A stretch of 64,000 nucleotides of DNA from Acidobacteriaceae bacterium (lineage in GTDB: Bacteria > Acidobacteriota > Terriglobia > Terriglobales > Acidobacteriaceae), in assembly GCA_030041435.1 (NCBI GenBank), contig JASHNW010000115.1:38921-102920 (forward strand). The letters are read 5' to 3'. The position numbers were made by a program, and so were the translations under genes. The notes beneath the pieces are model-generated. The model saw only the letters and a list, made by a program, of their open reading frames with translations. It searched no databases and had not been told where the DNA came from. Positions within the stretch are counted from its first letter, which is position 1. Every line of letters starts with the position of its first letter. Below, piece after piece: positions 35,487 to 43,348 of the stretch.

Positions 35487-35942
35487 TCAATAAGAAGCGT
35501 GTGGAGGGGCCGGATCCTGTGGAGGCTGCGGCAGGTGCTCCACGGGCGGCTGCGCGCACGAAACGGACTGCACCGCGTAGGCCCGCTGTTCCGTCATGGT
35601 CAGCGAGACGACCAGCGGCAGAGCCGCCGCCGCGCTCAGCTTCCCGATGAACGCACGCCGCGAAGACTGCGGCGCCGCTCCGGAAGTCTTCACCAGGTTC
35701 TGGTCGCGCAGTTGCCGAATCGCCTCCTCGGCGAGTTCGGTCTCGATGCTCGGGTCCAGCGACCGCCGCATTGTTTCCGTCACTCCGGAGAGAGTCGTCG
35801 GATCGCTGCACGCCTCCCAGGCCGCGCCAGCGGTTGCGTTCATGGCAACGATCGTCTCGTTGCGTTCATCGACAAGGATTCTCGATCCGTCGGGCAGCTT
35901 GCTCTCTACAAGTCCATCCATCGGCACGCGCTCAACATCCAT
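35487..35942 (-). CDS. PqqD-family (RiPP recognition element-like) protein with hydrophobic/Tat-like and Pro-rich C-terminal extension
   Basis: GGAGG lies 6 nt upstream of the ATG. Residues ~10-85 (..SRILVDERNETIVAMNATAGAAWEACSDPTTLSGVTETMRRSL..AEEAIRQLRDQNLV) resemble PqqD. The tail is SSRRAFIGKLSAAAALPLVVSL..CAQPPVEHLPQPPQDPAPPHASY. Confidence 0.7.
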   Translation of the reverse strand: MDVERVPMDGLVESKLPDGSRILVDERNETIVAMNATAGAAWEACSDPTTLSGVTETMRRSLDPSIETELAEEAIRQLRDQNLVKTSGAAPQSSRRAFIGKLSAAAALPLVVSLTMTEQRAYAVQSVSCAQPPVEHLPQPPQDPAPPHASY

Positions 35943-36341
35943 CGCTACCTCCCACTATCGTGGCCCTGACGCTGGGTCATGCGACGCGAGCTGGGGTTTG
36001 CTCACCTCGTGCCTGCATGGTAATCGTCAGTCTAGCTTCCCGGCTCCCCGCGTGGATATGAGCCGATGGTAATAAAAATGGCTTTCTGGTAACCGTGATT
36101 ACTGGGTACCTATGTGCAACTTTCTTCACCTCTGCTCCCGGAGACATTTCTGGATGCACATGCAGCGGTAAGCTAACATCCGCGCGGCGGACCCACTTTC
36201 GTGGGATAGCCACCGTATCGTTACTAAAGTCAAAATGACGCGGAATCGCCCTGTGCAGTTCTCGAGGGCTAACACTGGAACGATGACTCCACTCCCCCCA
36301 TTGCCCGCTCGCTGCCTGCCGCAAGCCATCGCAGCCGCACG

Positions 36342-37523
36342 GTGGCTGTTCTGATGCCTGCCGATCGCGACTGCTGCGCGCTGTTGCTGGCGGTTGCCCG
36401 CTATTCCGCTCGCGGAGACTCCGCGCAGGTCCGCACTCTGGCCGCAAAGGTCTCCGACTGGGACGCTCTTCTCAATCTGGCCCAATGGCATCGCGTGATG
36501 CCGATGCTATACCGCGTTTTCGCGGAGACAGACGCTGTGGTACCGGCCGCCGTGCAGGATCGCCTGCTGGCCGAGCACCGGCGGAATGTCTGTCAGAACC
36601 TGGCCAATGCGGCAGAACTTATCGCCGTACTCCACGCGTTCGACCGGGAAGATATCCGGGCTATGCCCTTCAAGGGCGTTGTGCTGGCAGCATCCGCATA
36701 CAAGGACCTCATGGCGCGCCCGGGCGGCGATCTGGACATCCTGATCCGCCTGGAGGACTTCTCGCGAGCCATGCCGCTTCTCCTCGCTCGCGGCTATCAG
36801 CCGATGCGGGAGTCCGGTGTGGAAGGAATGACGGCCCCGCCCGACTGGTGCGAATATCCTTTCGTCCGCCCGCGCGACGGTATGATGCTCGAACTTCGCT
36901 GGCGACTCAGCCTGGTTCCGGGAAGGTACTCACGCGCTCTCGGCCTCGACTGGGCATGGCGCCACCGCCGCACGGCTGTGCTGGCGGGCGCAGAAGTTCC
37001 GGACATGAGCCCCGAAACAACGCTGTTGATGCTCTGCATGCATGGCAGCAAGCACATCGTCCAGGGCAGCAAACATATGTGGTCCCGGCTCATCTGGATC
37101 TGCGATGTCGCGCAGTTGCTGGCTGCCTGCCCCGGCCTCGACTGGAAGCACGCAATAGCGGAAGCCAGGCGCCAGGGGTTAGGTCGCTCTCTGGCTCTTG
37201 GGGTGCTGCTGGCCCATCGCGTCGCCGGCGCCGAGATCCCCCGGAAAGTTCTCCGTTCCTTTGAGCGCGATGCAGCCGCGACCGGGCTGGCCACCCACTT
37301 CGAGAAGAACCTGTTCGAAATGCCCGGCGCGGTACCTGCCGGCCGCGTACCGTACAGCATCCAGTTACTTGCCTGGCGCGACCGCCTGAAGATCTTCCTG
37401 TCGCGGGATTTCCTGCGTCCCAACGAGCGAGACCTTGCAGCGCTCAGGCTGCCGGCCCCGCTCTACCCTCTCTACTATCTCGTCCGTCCGCTGCGTATCT
37501 TCCGCGATCGCTCGGCGCGATAG
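36342..37523 (+). CDS. nucleotidyltransferase family protein (PF14907-like 'uncharacterised nucleotidyltransferase')
   Basis: ..CCALLLAVARYSARGD..DWDALLNLAQWHRVMPMLYRV..FKGVVLAASAY..RPGGDLDILI..ELRWRL..YYLVRPLRIF.. follows the family pattern as I recall it. Start is the GTG at 36342 or the ATG at 36354. Confidence 0.7.
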   Translation: MAVLMPADRDCCALLLAVARYSARGDSAQVRTLAAKVSDWDALLNLAQWHRVMPMLYRVFAETDAVVPAAVQDRLLAEHRRNVCQNLANAAELIAVLHAFDREDIRAMPFKGVVLAASAYKDLMARPGGDLDILIRLEDFSRAMPLLLARGYQPMRESGVEGMTAPPDWCEYPFVRPRDGMMLELRWRLSLVPGRYSRALGLDWAWRHRRTAVLAGAEVPDMSPETTLLMLCMHGSKHIVQGSKHMWSRLIWICDVAQLLAACPGLDWKHAIAEARRQGLGRSLALGVLLAHRVAGAEIPRKVLRSFERDAAATGLATHFEKNLFEMPGAVPAGRVPYSIQLLAWRDRLKIFLSRDFLRPNERDLAALRLPAPLYPLYYLVRPLRIFRDRSAR

Positions 37524-39101
37524 GCGCGCGATAGCCTCTGGCCCCATCCCGGACGTAAATCCGGTAACCAAACGGCGGCGCCGGCTTGCCCATCCACTCC
37601 GCCGGGAGGGGCGGAATGCGGTCGGCGTATAACGAGTAGTTATTCGCGAGAAAGCCATCGAATGCCGGCCACTGATGCAGCTCGCAGTATTGATAGTTCA
37701 TTGGCGAAGTACCGCACTGGTGACTGGTGACGACAAAGACACGAGGGGGATGTTCCGTAATCTCGGCCCAGAACCTGTTGCGCAGCTTTTCCACCGCCGG
37801 GTCGTCCACCGGCATAAAGAAGTAACAATCGTACAGAACGCCGGTCGCCTGTTCCAGCTGCATGCGATAGAGAACATTCAGGCAGCCCGCAGCCATATCG
37901 AGGCATTGCACCTGGCCGTCCAGGCGCTGTCCTCCCAGCTGCTGCAAATCGGCCTGCAGCATTGTGTCGAAGGCATCGTCGCGCCAGTCAAAGCGAATTG
38001 CCTTCGCCGCTGAGCCGATGCCAATCACGAAGACTCCATAACACAGCGCGGTGGCCGCAAACAGACGCGCTGTTCCCGGCCAGCGAGAATCCGCGGATTT
38101 CAATGCAGCCGTGCAATCGATACCCACGATGAGGAGCAGCAGCACCTCGGACGGATATCGGTGATAGGCATATCCCTTGCCCTGCAGAAAGAACGAAGCA
38201 AATCCCGCGAGCACGCCGATGCACAAGGCCGCTCCCTTCCAGGTTCGCCAAAACCCGGTTGAAAGCGCCACCGGAATCCATATCGCAATCATCGGCAACA
38301 GTACGGAAGATATGCAATGAGAGAGGAGATACGAGCTCGACTGACGCCGGAGCTGGGCGTGTTGTGAATCCAGATGGAGAAGGATGGTGAAGAACGCCGA
38401 TGCCGCATGTTCGTGCAGCAGGTAACCCATGGCAATGCCCCACGGCAGCGCCAGCGACACGGCACCCGCCACCAGAAGCCACACCACTGGAAGGCCCTTT
38501 TTCATCCGATGAAGGCATGCCAGCGCCAGCAAAGCAGGCCCGAGTGGCAATATGGTGGGCTTGACCGCCGCGGCAGCTCCGATACACACGCCAAAGAGCA
38601 CGACGGCCCCTATACATTCGCGGCCCTCCTCGGTCGCGCGAAAGTACCGGAACAGGAAGATATAAGCTGCGAGAACCAGGACCGCGACAAAAAGATCGCG
38701 CTGGCCCAGGTCGATTAGTCCGTCGCGGCCATGGATCAGCGTGAACAGTATCCCTGCAAACGCCCCCCCCGCAAACCGCCCAAGGGCCGGGCGAGCACCA
38801 TCATCGCCGCCGTGGCCAGTCCGCACAAACTCAGGTCGAACAGGCGCCAGGCCAGCGCGCCGCCGCCGAAAAGGTGAATCACCAGCCCCTCGATCGCATA
38901 CGTGCCCGGCATATTGATGTCCACAATATCCCGGTACGGAACCAGGCCGCGGCCGATCAGAAATACGACGTAATGCATGAGGGGAGCATCGCCCACCAGC
39001 GGCCAATGCCATGTGCGCACCACAAAAACAATGACGCTGCACGCAAGGACGCCAAGAAGGCTGGTCAGCAGCCAACTGCTGAAGTTCTGCCTGGAAGGCA
39101 T
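37444..39101 (-). pseudogene. GT-C-fold membrane glycosyltransferase-like gene (ArnT/PMT/GT87-like) interrupted by a frameshift at a G8 tract
   Basis: The N-terminal piece (39101->38736) and the long piece (frame of 37444..39075) join at C8 on the + strand (38763-38770). One extra G restores a single ~550-aa polytopic protein. The first-loop motif GDAPLMHYV..GLVPYRDIVDINMPG is GT-C-like. Confidence 0.6.
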
Positions 39102-39226
39102 TTGCTGCAGTCTAAGGCATAAGTCCGAAGTTTGACAGAGAAATTTCTATGAAGCGCAGGTAAGTAACCCTATAACTGCAGGACGCCGGGGTATCTGCTG
39201 ACTCAGCCTTCCTAACTCGGCCTTCC

Positions 39227-41935
39227 TTACTCAGCCTTCAGCACTTCCGCGGGATCGACTCCCGCCGCTCGGCAAGCCGGCAGATAGCTGGCCACTGCCG
39301 CCGCCGCCGCGAGGACCAGCGGGATCGTCACATAGGTCAGCGGATCGAATGGGCTGATGCCAAACAGCAGCGACTTCATCATCCGCATCACTCCCGCTGC
39401 GGTGCACAGGCCGATGACCACGCCGATTCCGGTGAGCACCAGCGCAGAGCGGACGATCATCCAGCGCAGTTCGGCCTTTTGCGCGCCCAGTGCCAGGCGA
39501 ATGCCGATTTCGCGCCGCCGCTGCGAGACTGTATACGAGATGACACCGTAGATGCCGACCACCCCGAGCAGAAGCGCCATCGATCCCGCAATCGCCAGCA
39601 TCACCAGCGTGAACGAGGTGCGGGCCATGGAACGGTTGCTGAGATCCTGCATCGTGTACACCGACGCCAGGGGCAGGTCTCCGTTCACGGACCAGACCGC
39701 CTGTTGCAGACGGTCGATGAAGTCCTGCTGACCGGCGCGGCTGCTGCGAACGGCGAAGGTGGCGGAGTTCGGTCCGTCGACGGCCGGTGTCGGCGAGTAC
39801 GGATCCTTCAGCATCGCTGGCCAGTAGATGACGGCAGGCGCTTTTTCATCCACACCGTGGACGCGCACGTCTTCGACCACGCCGATAACCTCCAGCCACG
39901 GCGTGCTGGAGAACTGGCGAACCCGTTTTCCGACAGCGGCGGCAGCCGAACCCCACGATTCGCGCGCAAAGTTCTCCGATACCATCACCATCGGCCGCAG
40001 GCCGTAGATGTCGGCCCAGGTGAAGTCGCGGCCCGCCACCAGGCGCGTGCCCATGGCGCGGAAATAACCGGGTGAGACGTAGTTGAACAGGCGCAGGGGT
40101 GGTTCGCCCCCGTCGTAGGTCTTCCCTTCCACGCGAACCTCGTCCCAGTTGGGGTCGTCGCCATCCATGGGCACGGCCGCTGCGAAGCCCACCGCGGTCA
40201 CTCCGGGGATGGCTGCGATTTGAGCGGCGATGTTGTTCTGCGTGTGGGTCACCAGCAATGGATCGGCGATGAGCGTGTTCGGAATCGAGATCGTCATCGT
40301 CTGAAGGTGGGCTGGGTCGGAGAAGCCAGGCTCGACGCTGCGCAATGCGGCAAAGGTTCGGATCATGAGCAGCGCGCTCACCAGCAGCACCAGCGCCATC
40401 GCCGTCTGCGCGATGACCAGCAGGTTGCGGGACCGCTGGGGCGCGCGGCCCACGGTGGCCGTCCGGCTGCTGCCGCCCATGGCCAGCGTGGCGCCGCCCC
40501 TTGCGTACTTCCATACCGGGATGGAGCCAAAGAACAGCCCGCAGAAAACGGAAAGCAGAAGGGTGAAGAGGAGCGAGCGGGCGTCGAGCGAAACCTCGCT
40601 GAGGCGAGGAAGGCTGGCGGGGCCGGAAGCCACGAGGAAGCGCAATCCCGCATCGGCAACGCCAACCGCGAGTGCGCCGCCGGCAATCCCGAGCGCGACG
40701 CTCTCCAGCAGCAGTTCGCGGGCGATGCGCGCCCGCCCTGCGCCCAATGCTGCGCGGATGGACAACTCATGCTGCCGCGACTCCGCGCGGACCAGCAGGA
40801 GGTTCGCAATGTTCGTGCACGCGATCAGCAGAACGATGCCAACCGTGGCCATGACCACCCACAGCACGCTGCTCACGTTCCCGATCACCTGCTGCCGCAG
40901 CGAGAGAAAATTCGGACGAATCCTCCAGACCCTGTAGAAGTGCGGATTGGTGCCTGGGCCGTTCGTCCAGGAGTCCATCCAGACAGGAATGAGGCGCGCG
41001 ATGTCGGCATCGGCCTGCGCCAGCGAGACGCCCGGTTTGAGCCGCCCGATGCCGTCATAGCCGAAGGGGGCGAGCTTCTGATGGACCCGATCCAGGGCCA
41101 TCGGAAGGAGGAGATCGAAATCCCGGTCGGCCACGCGGAAGCCGCGCGGCATGACGCCCACGATCTCGCGCGACTGCGCATCGACGTGGAGGATGCGTCC
41201 TATCACGCCCGGATCGCCGCCAAACCGGCGCTGCCAGTAGCCGTAGCTGAGCATGACCGTTTTGGCGCCGCGCGGATCCTGCTCGCTCTGCGAAAACCAA
41301 TGGCCCAGCTGGGGCGGAACCTCAAGGGTCTGCAGGATGCCGTCGCTGACGAGGTCGGTGCGCACCTGTTCGGGGTGGGCCACACCGGTGACATTGGCTG
41401 TGCCGGGCGCCCAGATACCCATGGACTGGAAGGTCTGGTTGTGCTCGGAAAACGTGATGTACATCGATGGTGAAAGCTGAAGACCGTTGGAAAAATTCGC
41501 CAGCCCTCCGGCGCCGGGAGCATCGAGCCAGAGAGCGGCGATTCGGTCGGAGTGCGGATATTGCAGCGGCCTCAGAACAACGCGATTGAGCACGGCGAAG
41601 ATGGCCGTGTTCGCGCCGATACCGATCGCCAGCGTAATCAGGATGGTCGCCGTGAGGCCCGGAGACCTTCCCATGCGGCGAAGGGTCAGCTTCAGGTCGG
41701 TCAGGAGAGACTCGAGCGCAGACCACTGCCACGCTTCGCGGCTGCGCTGCTCAATCAGGGTGACGTTGCCGAACGCGCGGCGCGCGGCCTGCTCCGCCTG
41801 AGCCCGCGGCATGCCCTCTTCCATCAGCTCTTCGGTTTTCTCCGCGATGTGCTCCTCGATGGAGATGGAGAGATCGTCGTAGCGCCGGCGGCGCGAGAAG
41901 GAGCGGCTTACGCGGGAAAAGTTGAAACGGGGCAT
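39227..41935 (-). CDS. ADOP family duplicated permease (second copy)
   Basis: 902 aa with the same architecture as 6641-9295 (prefix helix region, 2 x [TM + periplasmic domain + FtsX 3TM]). Starts 9 nt after its PadR partner. Confidence 0.85.
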   Translation of the reverse strand: MPRFNFSRVSRSFSRRRRYDDLSISIEEHIAEKTEELMEEGMPRAQAEQAARRAFGNVTLIEQRSREAWQWSALESLLTDLKLTLRRMGRSPGLTATILITLAIGIGANTAIFAVLNRVVLRPLQYPHSDRIAALWLDAPGAGGLANFSNGLQLSPSMYITFSEHNQTFQSMGIWAPGTANVTGVAHPEQVRTDLVSDGILQTLEVPPQLGHWFSQSEQDPRGAKTVMLSYGYWQRRFGGDPGVIGRILHVDAQSREIVGVMPRGFRVADRDFDLLLPMALDRVHQKLAPFGYDGIGRLKPGVSLAQADADIARLIPVWMDSWTNGPGTNPHFYRVWRIRPNFLSLRQQVIGNVSSVLWVVMATVGIVLLIACTNIANLLLVRAESRQHELSIRAALGAGRARIARELLLESVALGIAGGALAVGVADAGLRFLVASGPASLPRLSEVSLDARSLLFTLLLSVFCGLFFGSIPVWKYARGGATLAMGGSSRTATVGRAPQRSRNLLVIAQTAMALVLLVSALLMIRTFAALRSVEPGFSDPAHLQTMTISIPNTLIADPLLVTHTQNNIAAQIAAIPGVTAVGFAAAVPMDGDDPNWDEVRVEGKTYDGGEPPLRLFNYVSPGYFRAMGTRLVAGRDFTWADIYGLRPMVMVSENFARESWGSAAAAVGKRVRQFSSTPWLEVIGVVEDVRVHGVDEKAPAVIYWPAMLKDPYSPTPAVDGPNSATFAVRSSRAGQQDFIDRLQQAVWSVNGDLPLASVYTMQDLSNRSMARTSFTLVMLAIAGSMALLLGVVGIYGVISYTVSQRRREIGIRLALGAQKAELRWMIVRSALVLTGIGVVIGLCTAAGVMRMMKSLLFGISPFDPLTYVTIPLVLAAAAAVASYLPACRAAGVDPAEVLKAE

Positions 41936-41944
41936 GGCGGGCTC

Positions 41945-42289
41945 CTACGTTCTCGCAAACGCTAAGACGCGGCTGATGCCGGTTGTCATCTGTTCGAAGC
42001 TGGACAGCTCCTGCTCCAGATGGCGGAGTCCGGCGCTGGTCAGCCGGTAGATTCGGGTGGGGCGTCCCTTGGCAGAGATCCCTGTCTCCGCCTCGAGCCA
42101 TCGCTCCCGCAACATCCGCTGCAGGGCCGGATACAACGAGCCCTCCTCGATCTGGAGCAGATCGTCAGACACCTGCTGGATGTGTTTCACCAGCGCATAG
42201 CCGTGCATAGGCGCGAGGCGGAGCGACTGGAGGATCATCATCTCCAGCGCGCCGGGAAAGAGGTCGCGGCGTTCGGATTTATTTGCCAT
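41945..42289 (-). CDS. PadR family transcriptional regulator (second copy)
   Basis: 114 aa (..FPGALEMMILQSLRLAPMHGYALVKHIQQVSDD..EGSLYPALQRMLRERWL..). Confidence 0.9.
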   Translation of the reverse strand: MANKSERRDLFPGALEMMILQSLRLAPMHGYALVKHIQQVSDDLLQIEEGSLYPALQRMLRERWLEAETGISAKGRPTRIYRLTSAGLRHLEQELSSFEQMTTGISRVLAFART

Positions 42290-42304
42290 GCCAGGGAGGT
42301 TAGC

Positions 42305-42320
42305 ACAAATAGCTATTTGT
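42305..42320. promoter_or_regulatory. perfect 16-bp palindrome 16 nt upstream of padR (candidate PadR operator)
   Basis: ACAAATAG|CTATTTGT, followed by a partial third half-site AAATAGC. TTGCAA lies 17 nt further upstream on the minus strand. Confidence 0.45.
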
Positions 42321-42557
42321 AAAATAGCCTTTTTGCAAAATTAATCGGGGGAGGATCCGAGCACCGCCGAGGTCCGGATGGTCCACGTTTCTCGTCCCAA
42401 GTCGCGACTGGCGGTGTCGAAAGCGCGACAGGCAGGCAAGCGCTAGTGTCAAGAGAACAGATGCTAGATATACGCTGTAATATCAATAAACTACACGCTT
42501 TTCCTCAACATTTACATGAAGCTTGCTGAGTCGACAACTCAAGCCAGATTTCATGCA

Positions 42558-42676
42558 GATTCAATAAGATGGAGAAATCTCCGAAGGTTTTCCTTCGCTG
42601 GAAACGTGTAAATCGCTGACCCTACACACCGTACTGTCTATACTGCGCACGCTGGCAAGCCTTGATTCAATAAGAT
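42558..42676. repeat. 13-nt perfect direct repeat (GATTCAATAAGAT) x2, 106 nt apart, in an AT-rich 430-bp leader
   Basis: Copies at 42558-42570 and 42664-42676. Adjacent small hairpins GGAGA-AA-TCTCC and CGAAGG-TTTT-CCTTCG. Confidence 0.6.
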
Positions 42677-42718
42677 CGCCTAGTTTCTGCAAGCGTTACT
42701 TCAGGAATGCCGCGTATC

Positions 42719-43240
42719 CTACTGAAGCCAACCGCTCATTTTGTCCAGCTTTTCGCGGACAAAAGCCAGCCCATGCATACACCGCTCGAACTCCTCCGAC
42801 AGCCGGGCAAACAGCGGCGCCTCCAGCTTGTACTCGAACAGGTCGAACTGCGAGACGATGTAGTAGCTCTCTTTCCCGGTCTCCACCATCTCCAGGAAGC
42901 TCGATTCCCCGCTGTGCCGCCACAGCTGCATCGACTCCGGATACATACCGGTGGCAAACAGGGCGTAGTCGCCGATGTGCCGCCGCACCTCCCGCTCCTC
43001 GTCGAACGAGGCCGCCGCACCAAAGATCGGGTCCGATGCCGCCACCATCTCCCTGACCGCCTTCACCGGCCTGCCATCGGCATCCCGGATCCGGTACAGC
43101 TTGTCTGCCGCCGCGAATTCGGTCAAGAGATCGCCCACGTAGCTAGTTAGCTCTGGATCGTCAATCTCACAGTGGGTGGCATAGCAACCGGCAACAATCT
43201 CATGGAAAAGCTGGCGCAAAGGGTGGCGTTCGGGAATCAT
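42719..43240 (-). CDS. conserved-looking hypothetical protein
   Basis: Start at MIPERHP (GGAGG 9 nt upstream; track: 43333). 173 aa, acidic and helical-looking. No family recognised. Confidence 0.55.
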   Translation of the reverse strand: MIPERHPLRQLFHEIVAGCYATHCEIDDPELTSYVGDLLTEFAAADKLYRIRDADGRPVKAVREMVAASDPIFGAAASFDEEREVRRHIGDYALFATGMYPESMQLWRHSGESSFLEMVETGKESYYIVSQFDLFEYKLEAPLFARLSEEFERCMHGLAFVREKLDKMSGWLQ

Positions 43241-43348
43241 GGGTCTTTCCTCCGCGCTTCCTCCCGCGCCGGTCGGAGAGATTGGATCGTGCGCTTCTCC
43301 CTCGTCCGGCGGAAGAAGCTGTCTATATGACACGGAAATCTACAGCAT

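Noticed and set aside
36283-36354. 23-codon + strand ORF (MTPLPPLPARCLPQAIAAARWLF) whose TGA overlaps the ATG at 36354 of the nucleotidyltransferase gene.
   Set aside because: There is no convincing RBS, and it overlaps the alternative GTG start (36342) of the downstream gene. The composition is unremarkable and it is indistinguishable from chance. I mention it only because of the stop/start overlap.
34549-37523. Calling the PqqD/kinase/nucleotidyltransferase locus a lasso-peptide biosynthetic cluster.
   Set aside because: No Asn-synthetase-like cyclase or transglutaminase-like leader protease is encoded in the window. The 27-aa peptide also lacks the usual leader (Thr at -2) and the Gly1...Asp/Glu7-9 core layout of adequate length.
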